Below, in pieces: positions 46,148 through 53,377 of a stretch of DNA of 64,000 bases. The position numbers and the translations under genes were made by a program. The DNA is taken from the NCBI GenBank assembly GCA_944372525.1, contig CALVZL010000005.1:4200-68199 (forward strand), in the 5' to 3' direction. The notes beneath the pieces are model-generated. The model worked only from the letters and a program-made list of their open reading frames with translations. It ran no database searches and was not told the DNA's origin. The stretch's first letter is position 1; each line of letters opens with the position of its first letter. The DNA is from an uncultured Clostridia bacterium (GTDB taxonomy: Bacteria; Bacillota; Clostridia; Christensenellales; Borkfalkiaceae).

Positions 46148-46984
46148 TCAGGAGACAGAGATATATCCTTCTCTCTCCACGATGGCCTGCCCCTCTTCGC
46201 CCATAATAAACTCCACGAATGCCTGCGCGGCCTCGCTGAGCTGTCCTTCCCGATAGACAATGTTAAACGGACGGGAAAGTTCATAGGTGCCGTTCTCAAC
46301 GTTGGCGACCGTCGCCTCAACGCCGTTGAAACGGAGAGCTTTGATTGCATCGGAGGACCCGAGAGACCCCATTGAAATATATCCGAGCGTCTTGGTATTC
46401 GACTCGATCGCCGTAATCACCGCACCCGTTCCGGTCTGCGTGCTGACAACGGACGAAAAAGCAGTGAGCGCCTTGAGTTTGTTTTCGTTGCCGTCTTCGA
46501 TCAACTCGTCGAACGCGTCGCGCGTGCCGCTCCCGCTCTCGCGGGCGATCGCATTGGTGATTTCACCGATTGCCGTCCCGTTGGCATACAGCGCATAGAT
46601 CTGCTCCGAGGTGACACTTTCCGGCTCGCTTACCGCACGGTTGACGATGATCGCCACACCGTCTGTCGCAATCTGTTGGGACACGACGCCCGTTTCCGTC
46701 GATTTGAGCTCTCGGGATGCCATCCCGAAATCATTCTTCCCCGTTTGGGCGTCCTTGATGCCGGTGCCGGAGTCGCTCGTATTTACTTTGATGTCCACAT
46801 CCGAATGCAACGCCTCATACGCCTGTTCAAGGACGAGCATCAGCGGCGAGACCGAAGAACTGCCGGAAACGTTGATCACTGTCTTCTCGTTTTCTGTTGC
46901 TTCGGAACACCCCGCCATTGCTCCGATTGCCGCAGCGCCCAATACCGCCGTTAATCCGATTGCCGCAATTTTTCTTTTCATCAT
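46148..46984 (-). CDS. pstS: phosphate-binding lipoprotein PstS
   Basis: Lipobox AMAGC. It has SGSSSVSP and ESGSGTR motifs typical of PstS/PBP-like_2 proteins, and it is the first gene of the pst operon. Confidence 0.85.
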   Translation of the reverse strand: MMKRKIAAIGLTAVLGAAAIGAMAGCSEATENEKTVINVSGSSSVSPLMLVLEQAYEALHSDVDIKVNTSDSGTGIKDAQTGKNDFGMASRELKSTETGVVSQQIATDGVAIIVNRAVSEPESVTSEQIYALYANGTAIGEITNAIARESGSGTRDAFDELIEDGNENKLKALTAFSSVVSTQTGTGAVITAIESNTKTLGYISMGSLGSSDAIKALRFNGVEATVANVENGTYELSRPFNIVYREGQLSEAAQAFVEFIMGEEGQAIVEREGYISVS

Positions 46985-47074
46985 TTTCTCCTTTCGATCT
47001 TCAGATCTTGTTTCGTTTCTGCGATCATCTTATCACGAAGTTGTATCTTTTCCCGCACGATCTCGTCACGCAAC

Positions 47075-47100
47075 TGTAAAAAAAAGAGGCAAATTGTAAA
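47075..47100 (-). promoter_or_regulatory. possible Pho-box-like direct repeats upstream of pstS
   Basis: On the minus strand, two TTTACA hexamers (47100-47095 and 47080-47075) start 20 nt apart and sit 90-115 nt upstream of the pstS ATG. This resembles the PhoP TT(A/T/C)ACA repeats of Bacillus, but the spacing is not the canonical 11. Confidence 0.25.
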
Positions 47101-47191
47101 TTTTCTCTTACATTTGTCCGCTTTCGGAAACAGTATGCGGAGATTTCGGAAAACAAACCGCGCGAGCATGAGAAAAACAAGATAAAATCGC

Positions 47192-47220
47192 TTGCAAAAA
47201 CCGCGTTTATCTGTTATAAT
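47192..47220 (+). promoter_or_regulatory. promoter of tRNA-Pro
   Basis: TTGCAA (47192-47197), 17-nt spacer, extended -10 TGtTATAAT (47212-47220). The tRNA 5' end is 10 nt downstream. Confidence 0.5.
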
Positions 47221-47229
47221 GAACAGGAT

Positions 47230-47306
47230 CGAGGCGTAGCGCAGCTTGGTAGCGCGCTTGGTTCGGGACCAAGAGGTCGTGAGTTCAAATCTCGTCGCCT
47301 CGACCA
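47230..47306 (+). tRNA. tRNA-Pro (anticodon CGG)
   Basis: Manual cloverleaf. Acceptor CGAGGCG/CGCCTCG, D-arm GCGC-AGCTTGGTA-GCGC, anticodon arm CTTGG-TTCGGGA-CCAAG, T-arm GTGAG-TTCAAAT-CTCGT, and an encoded CCA. Confidence 0.9.
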
Positions 47307-47346
47307 CGTCGAGACACTTTTCTGTCTCGAACGAAACTAACGCAAT

Positions 47347-47390
47347 GCCGCCGACAGCAAAGGTTTCACATGCAGTCGGCGGCGTTTTTT
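47347..47390 (+). terminator. intrinsic terminator downstream of tRNA-Pro
   Basis: 9-bp GC-rich stem gccgccgac/gtcggcggc (47347-47355 and 47375-47383) followed by gTTTTTT (47384-47390). Confidence 0.6.
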
Positions 47391-47451
47391 GTATTATGGC
47401 TCTGCACAAACCGAAAAAATCAGCAAGCGCCTGACAAAGAGGGGACAAAAA

Positions 47452-48294
47452 ATGCCGCAGCATATTACCGTCGTGGATTATGACCCAAAATGGCCGTTGA
47501 AATATGCAGAAGAACGGGATCGTATTGCCGAAATTCTGAAAGATAATTGCATTGCCCTCTACCATATCGGGAGCACATCCGTTCCGGGATTGGCCGCCAA
47601 ACCGATCATCGATATTATGGCGGCGGTCCGAAGTCTTGAGACGGCAGACGCCGTTGCGGAAAAATTTTCGGATGCGGGCTATGAATATCTCGGGGAATTC
47701 GGAATGGCAGGCAGACGTTATCTTCGCAAAGGCGGAGAAGAACGTACCTGTCAGCTTTATATTTTCCAAGCAGACGACTGGCACAATCTCAGGCGGCATC
47801 TTGCATTCCGGGATCATATGCGCACCCATGAAAAAGCGCGGAGAGAATAGGCAGCGCTCAAACAAGAACTTGCCCGAACATTTCCCTATGATATCGACGG
47901 ATATTGCGACGGGAAAAAACCTTTTCTCCGTGAGACGGAAGCTCGTGCGCTGGTTCAATACGACGAAACCCGGGATAACCTGTACCTCGCCGCAAGGAAA
48001 GCGCAATGCAGAAGAACCGTTTCTCCATGGATCGAAGCCGGTTCTGTTTCCGCCGCGCTTCTTACGGCAAAGGGAACCGTCTTTGTCGGCGTTTGTATCG
48101 ATACGGCTTGCTCTTTGGGAATGTGTGCGGAACGAAATGCGATCGCAAATATGCTGACAAACGGGGAAAACAACCTCATAAAATTAGTTGCGGTCATGCC
48201 GGACGGAAAAACGGGGATGCCGTGCGGGGCCTGTCGGGAATTTCTGATGCAATTGGGCGGTGCAGCGGGAGAAATCGAGCTTCTGTGCGACTGA
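47452..48294 (+). pseudogene. GrpB-family domain fused in frame to a cytidine-deaminase-like domain, interrupted by an in-frame TAG at 47848-47850
   Basis: MPQHITVVDYDPKWPLKYAEE...HIGSTSVPGLAAKPIIDIM is GrpB-like. After the TAG the same frame continues with the rest of the GrpB fold (AALKQELARTFPYDIDGYCDGKKPF). It then reads into a deaminase zinc motif, CAERNAI...PCGACREFL, ending at the TGA 48292-48294. There is no ATG/GTG/TTG start between the TAG and the deaminase core. Confidence 0.6.
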
Positions 48295-48880
48295 AACCAA
48301 ACGGACAATTCGGCTGCAAGCGTTGGTTCCGCAGCGGTGGGGTGCGGACAAAATCGAAACAAACGGATGAACGGCTTTTTTTACAGTCGGGATACGACGT
48401 TAAACTGTAATTTATCTCGCAAAAAGACAACCTTTTCGGCTTGATCGGAGAAAGACCCGCCTTTGTGCTTTTCGCACGCTGCCGAAGGCGAATCTTTTAT
48501 TATGAAAGAAGCGGCGCAAGGCAGCGCTTGGGATCAAGACACGGCAACCGCAAAACAGATTGGAATGGACCCGGCAGCCGATCAACTCAACCGTTTCCGC
48601 GCAGGAATGACAGAAACACCAAACCGATTTGTCTTATGTGCCGGAATCCGCTTGTACCATGACACCCGCAGATATGCCTCTGAACAATGAGGAAGCCGGG
48701 ACAGCGTGCCGTCATCGGACACGGGGAGACGCCGCCGGAAACCGCTCCACGGGGAAAAACAGGTTTAACGGCGTCTTTTGCCGCTATTCCGCCCTCTCCG
48801 CAAAACAAAGCGTGCACCCCTTCCTCCGGAGTCGGAGACCGCCTCTCACGCAAAGGCTCTCAATCAAATTTGATTCGCTC

Positions 48881-48909
48881 TTGCATTGCGCCACAAGATA
48901 TGGTATAAT
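48881..48909 (+). promoter_or_regulatory. promoter of the HEPN-like/CBS gene
   Basis: TTGCAT (48881-48886), 17-nt spacer, extended -10 TGgTATAAT (48901-48909). An AGGAGG RBS and the ATG at 48928 follow. Confidence 0.5.
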
Positions 48910-48927
48910 CGGGTCAGGAGGAGCAAA

Positions 48928-49668
48928 ATGGATACTTTAAACGCAACGCGTTTTCTGCAGAGCTACAATAAAATCGAGGCTCAGCTCAAATTTCTCTACA
49001 ACGCCAAAGCAACGGCAAACTTTACCGATCTTGTCAAACGGTGCAGCGATCTCGACATCACAGTCCGAAGATACGAAAGCGAACTCATCGATTACGGAAA
49101 ACTGCGCAACGCCATCGTCCACCGCACCGCGGGATTGGAAGAAGAGACTGTCATCGCCGTTCCCTGCGACGAAGTCGTCGCCACCATCTCCTTCATCGAA
49201 AGCATGCTCTGCCGTCCGCCCCGCCTGATCGATGCGATCAAAGTAAAAAAAATTGCCTCCGTCTTTGCGGATAAACCCGTTTTGACCGCGGTCGAAGCGT
49301 TTCGGGAAAACTGGCAAAAGACACTGATCGTCTACGACCACGGAAAAATGGCTGGCGTCATCAATTCTTACGGATTGTATGCCGAAATCGAACAGCGCGT
49401 GAAGGCGGGCGAGGATCTCACCGAATTTTTCCTCAACACCCCCTGCTGCGAAGTGATGCGGCGCTCGGAAATGGAGCGTTATCGCATCATGAGTCAGGAC
49501 GCCACCGTCTTTCAGGTTTTCGTCGCGTTTGAGGAGAAGAAAAACCTGCTCGCAGTGATCATTACCGAAAACGGCATTTTCGGCGAAAAAGCGTTGAACA
49601 TCGTCACCCCTTCCGATTTTCCGCGCATCAATCGCTTTTTGGAATCGTATAACGCAAAGACGTTCTGA
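48928..49668 (+). CDS. two-domain protein: N-terminal helical HEPN-like domain (Rx4H) and C-terminal CBS-pair-like domain
   Basis: The start MDTLNATRF follows an AGGAGG RBS. YGKLRNAIVHR (49105-49122 encodes R-N-A-I-V-H) sits at the end of a ~65-aa helical segment. The C-terminal 150 aa have a CBS-like pattern (PVLTAVEAF...LIVYDHGKMAGVINSYGL; ...LLAVIITENGIFGEKALNIVTPSD). Confidence 0.55.
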   Translation: MDTLNATRFLQSYNKIEAQLKFLYNAKATANFTDLVKRCSDLDITVRRYESELIDYGKLRNAIVHRTAGLEEETVIAVPCDEVVATISFIESMLCRPPRLIDAIKVKKIASVFADKPVLTAVEAFRENWQKTLIVYDHGKMAGVINSYGLYAEIEQRVKAGEDLTEFFLNTPCCEVMRRSEMERYRIMSQDATVFQVFVAFEEKKNLLAVIITENGIFGEKALNIVTPSDFPRINRFLESYNAKTF

Positions 49669-49722
49669 TCGAATCCTGTCGAAAAAAAATTACAAAATCT
49701 TAAAAAACTTTTCAGAAAACTA

Positions 49723-49750
49723 TTGACAAATGAAAAAACTGTGCTATAAT
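49723..49750 (+). promoter_or_regulatory. near-consensus promoter with no ORF behind it
   Basis: TTGACA (49723-49728), 16-nt spacer, extended -10 TGcTATAAT (49742-49750), preceded by an A/T-rich UP-like stretch (49681-49720). Confidence 0.55.
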
Positions 49751-49756
49751 GACAGT

Positions 49757-50360
49757 ACAACAAGGGAGTAACCGAAGGAACGTTCCCCCAAAAGGAAGAA
49801 GAGTTTCCTCATTGAGAAACTTCTCGGTTCCGGTTCCGAATCGAACTCATACGCAGACTCTGTAGGTCGGATCGGTCAGATCCGAAGCGCAAAGAGCAAC
49901 AAGAGGAACGGAGAAAGAAGAATATCTTGCAGGAAATTCGGAATCTTTTCGAAAACGAAACTTGCTTTCGCCTACAGAAAAAGTTTTGCGTACGGAAACA
50001 AATCAGAAAGCAATTCCGAAAGAAACTCCAATGTTGTGTGGTTTATCATGGAAAGCTCGATCGGAAACGAAAAGCCGGAACTGATTTCGGAATCGATGCA
50101 AGTCTCAGAAATCAAAAAGGAGATCGCAAAGAAAAAGAAGTCGGACGGAAGGAGACATGAGAGAGCGGGAACAGACCGTAAAAGGAAAAGAAATATTCTG
50201 AATCGAAAACCGTAAATTCGAAAACAGAGAGCGAAAACGCTCCGAAAAGAAAAGTGTAACGGCGGTTTGCGAAAAGAACTTTTCGGAATCAACGGGATAA
50301 CGATGATAAGACCACAAAAACGGGCGGTATGCCGAAAAGGTGTGCCGCCTTGCTTTATGT
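49757..50360 (+). ncRNA. candidate ~0.6-kb non-coding, purine-rich transcript (unassigned family; boundaries approximate)
   Basis: It starts just after the promoter at 49723-49750. No ORF has an RBS; the longest is a TTG-initiated 77-aa Lys/Arg-rich ORF. The 9-mer TTCGGAATC occurs three times (49937, 50086, 50282), and there are several local hairpins. A possible terminator is the stem ggcggta/tgccgcc at 50323-50349, followed by a U-rich run. Confidence 0.3.
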
Positions 50361-50460
50361 CTTCTCCCGAACACGCAGTCCGCGGATTCCGCGCCCCGCG
50401 TCCGCAGAAAAGCGCATACAAAAAAACTCGCGGAAAATTACAAAAATCCCGAATTATCGC

Positions 50461-50489
50461 TTGACTTGCCTCGGGGAATTTGATATTCT
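50461..50489 (+). promoter_or_regulatory. possible promoter of tRNA-Thr
   Basis: TTGACT (50461-50466), 17-nt spacer, TGaTATTCT (50481-50489), about 80 nt upstream of the tRNA. Confidence 0.4.
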
Positions 50490-50571
50490 ATAAAAGCCTT
50501 TCCGATCAAAAAGAAGGGCAGCGGCAGACAGAGCTTCCGGCCGTTCCGCCGCCCGCATCGATCGAAGTCAT

Positions 50572-50647
<76 letters not shown>

Positions 50648-50671
50648 ATTTAATTGATCGAATCATTTAGG

Positions 50672-50710
50672 GAAGAAACCGCAAGATCTCCTGCATCTTG
50701 CGGTTTCTTC
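50672..50710 (+). terminator. perfect 16-bp stem-loop downstream of tRNA-Thr
   Basis: gaagaaaccgcaagat (50672-50687), loop ctcctgc, atcttgcggtttcttc (50695-50710). There is no U-tract on the + strand, so its function as a terminator is uncertain. Confidence 0.45.
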
Positions 50711-50770
50711 GTCCCATTACGGCTTCAGACGGTCAGCTTCCCCCAAACGCAGACATGGCGGCCGTCTCCC

Positions 50771-50809
50771 CTTTCCATCATTACTTTCCATCATTACTTT
50801 CCATCATTA
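50771..50809. repeat. perfect 13-nt tandem repeat x3 (ctttccatcatta)
   Basis: Read directly from the sequence: 50771-50783, 50784-50796 and 50797-50809 are identical. Confidence 0.9.
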
Positions 50810-51472
50810 TATGATCCGATTGCCGATTGAACAGACGGGAAATCGCAGATGACGATCTAAGTTTCCAAAAAATTTATTACAACGGACTATGTCTCCGCGG
50901 CATCCAAAATCCGATCGATTTGCGGAAAAGTGTCTCGAACAGATACGGAATCGCCGCAAGGGGTTTCCCTTTCCCCGTTTGACCAAACAACGCATGAAAC
51001 AGCAAAAGTGCGCAAAGCAACCTTATGATTACAAAAAGGTGTTTTTTCCGACGCCGAAGGAACGGGCAAGAAACCTTGATTGCCTCTTTGAAACAACCTT
51101 AAAGAGGAAGTCCTCTCGCCGATAGGGTTTTTGCAAAGAAGTACCGACGGATCCCTCCGTTGCTTTGCCGCAGGCGGACCGCTTTGTCAGCCTCCCAACA
51201 AAACCGCCCCCTAGCGATCCGACGAATTTTTCGTTTACGCAGACAGCCCCGCCCTCGGAGACGCGCAACCCTCGCACATATGAAGACCAGATCGCCATCT
51301 GCTTGCATTCGTTTCCCGAAGACAGGCTTTTGCCGCGCCAGATATTCTCTGATTTACCCCTTGCTTATCTGTCTCTATCCTTCCCTCCCTTTTGATTTTC
51401 TGCTCTCTCCTTCGTTTGTTTTATACGCCGCATTTATGACCCCGCGGGCTGTCCGAGGGTTCCCCGCTGCTT

Positions 51473-51510
51473 AAAAAACGCCGTGTTTCCGCTGCAACAC
51501 GGCGTTTTTT
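51473..51510 (-). terminator. bidirectional intrinsic terminator, serving glmS on the minus strand
   Basis: Stem aacgccgtgtt/aacacggcgtt (51477-51487 and 51496-51506), flanked by A6 (51473-51478) and T6 (51505-51510). It lies 90 nt after the glmS stop. Confidence 0.7.
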
Positions 51511-51600
51511 AAGTTCTGTCAGCAGGTATGACAGTCTGTCTTCAGAAAAGACGCACCGTACGACTGCCGCATGGCAGACCGATTCTCTTTTTAATGCCAA

Positions 51601-53367
51601 TCATTCTACGGTAACGCTTTTCGCAAGGTTCCTCGGCTTATCGGGATCATACCCACGCAAAACCGCAACCCGATATGCAAGAAGCTGAAGCGGAATCACC
51701 GAGAGAAGCGGAGAAAAGATCTCCGCGCATTCCGGCAGCAAACAGACGCTTCGGATCCCCTCTGCCCCGACGTACTCGGGAAGAGAGGTGACGAGAAAGA
51801 CTTCGGCGCCGCGGGAAACAACCTCGTGAACCGCATTCATCGTCTTTTCCGCAAGTGCACGCTGCGTAAGCAAGACCACGATCGGCGTCCTGTCATCCAC
51901 CAATGCAAGCGTACCGTGCTTGAGCTCGCCCGCCGGATACCCCTCGCTCGGCAGATAAGAGATCTCTTTCAGCTTCAAACTGCCTTCCAACGCATTACAG
52001 TAGTCCACTCCGCGCCCAAGAAAAAAGACGCTCTTTGCCTCCTTCATCCGCGGCGCCCAATCTGCGATACAAAAACAGCGGGACAGCGTATGTCGGCTCA
52101 GTTCCACAAAGTCGGAAAGCACGGAAAAAGGAAGGCGCTCTTTTGACAGAAACAGTGCTACCGAAAACAAAAGTGCAAGCTGTGCCGCGTAGCTCTTGGT
52201 CGCAGCAACGGCAATCTCTCTGCCCGCATGCGTAAAAAGAACGAAATCCGCCATGCGCGTCAGCGAAGAATAGGGCACATTCGTGATCGCCGCCACAAGG
52301 GCGCCCCGTTCTCTGGCGCATTGCGCGGCGGCCAGCGTATCTGCCGTCTCCCCGCTCTGGCTTACCGCAAAGACAAGCGTATGCGGCGATATGATCGGAT
52401 CGCGGTATCGATATTCGCTCGCAATGCACACCTCTACCGGAATACGGGCAAGACGTTCCATTGCATATTTTGCCGCAATTCCGCTGTGATAAGCCGTTCC
52501 GCATGCAATAATTTGTATATAGTATGTCTGACATAGTACTTTGCAAAAATCGGAATACCGAGATTCAGAGGAGAAATCGATCAAAGAATTTGCAATCGAA
52601 GCGGGAACTTCACCGATTTCCTTTTCCATATAGTGCGTATATCCGCCCTTTTCCGCATTCTCCCCTTCAAAATCGTATATTACGGGAGTTTTTTGTACTT
52701 CCGCCCCGGTTTTGCCGTAAAACTTTACCTCTCCCGCTCCGATACAAGCGGCCTCACCGTCCGCAAGCGCATAGACTTCGACTCCTTCCCCCGCGATCGC
52801 AGGCAAATCGCTTGCAAGAAAACACTCTTTCCGTCTCGCGCCGACGATAAGCGGACTCTTTTCCCGCACGGCAATGATCTTATCTGGCTCCGCGGAACAG
52901 AGAATCGCAAGCGCATAGGAACCGCGCAGGCGGGCGCAAACTTTGCGCACGCAACCGAGCAAATCCCCCGCAAAACCTTCCTCCAGCAAGTGAGCGATCA
53001 CTTCACTGTCCGTCTCCGAGGCAAAATGTTCGCCGCGCAACAGACATTCCTCTTTCAGCAACGCCTCATTCTCGATAATGCCGTTATGAACGACGGCAAA
53101 TCTTCCGTAACAATGCGGATGCGCGTTTTCTTCCGTTGGCGCGCCGTGCGTTGCCCAACGCGTATGTCCGATTCCCGTTTTTCCCGCGAGTTCTGAGACG
53201 GGAACCAGTCCGTCCACCCGTCCCTTGCACCGCTTCAGGCAGAAACCTCCCCCGCAGAGCGTTGCGATCCCGGCCGAATCATACCCCCTGTATTCCAGTT
53301 TTTTTAGTCCTTCCAACAGTATGGGCGCCGCATTTTTGTGCCCGCAATATCCCACGATTCCACACAT
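51601..53367 (-). CDS. glmS: glutamine--fructose-6-phosphate aminotransferase
   Basis: The true start is MCGIVGYCGH (ATG 53367-53365) with the N-terminal nucleophile Cys. There are two SIS domains and a C-terminal ...DKPRNLAKSVTVE. The 68 upstream residues of the track ORF overlap glmM and are rejected. Confidence 0.92.
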   Translation of the reverse strand: MCGIVGYCGHKNAAPILLEGLKKLEYRGYDSAGIATLCGGGFCLKRCKGRVDGLVPVSELAGKTGIGHTRWATHGAPTEENAHPHCYGRFAVVHNGIIENEALLKEECLLRGEHFASETDSEVIAHLLEEGFAGDLLGCVRKVCARLRGSYALAILCSAEPDKIIAVREKSPLIVGARRKECFLASDLPAIAGEGVEVYALADGEAACIGAGEVKFYGKTGAEVQKTPVIYDFEGENAEKGGYTHYMEKEIGEVPASIANSLIDFSSESRYSDFCKVLCQTYYIQIIACGTAYHSGIAAKYAMERLARIPVEVCIASEYRYRDPIISPHTLVFAVSQSGETADTLAAAQCARERGALVAAITNVPYSSLTRMADFVLFTHAGREIAVAATKSYAAQLALLFSVALFLSKERLPFSVLSDFVELSRHTLSRCFCIADWAPRMKEAKSVFFLGRGVDYCNALEGSLKLKEISYLPSEGYPAGELKHGTLALVDDRTPIVVLLTQRALAEKTMNAVHEVVSRGAEVFLVTSLPEYVGAEGIRSVCLLPECAEIFSPLLSVIPLQLLAYRVAVLRGYDPDKPRNLAKSVTVE

Positions 53368-53377
53368 AATCGCCCCC

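Noticed and set aside
47309-47330. 8-bp hairpin immediately after tRNA-Pro as a terminator
   Set aside because: It has no U-tract, and a much better terminator follows at 47347-47390. It is probably a processing element or fortuitous.
46981-48006. 341-aa minus-strand ORF
   Set aside because: It runs straight through tRNA-Pro, its promoter and terminator, and antisense to the GrpB-like gene. It has no RBS and no motif.
48295-48880. Possible riboswitch or small genes in the 590-nt gap before the HEPN-CBS gene
   Set aside because: The gene's promoter (48881-48909) lies downstream of the gap, so the gap is not its leader. The ORFs 48441-48662, 48463-48690 and 48687-48908 have no RBS and odd compositions. 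I saw no riboswitch core (B12 box, SAM, TPP, c-di-GMP). It is kept only as part of the low-density-island finding.
49927-50160. 77-aa + strand ORF inside the orphan promoter-driven region
   Set aside because: It is TTG-initiated with no Shine-Dalgarno sequence. Its Lys/Arg/Gln-rich, low-complexity sequence is simply what a purine-rich stretch translates to. I treat the region as non-coding but list it as a finding.
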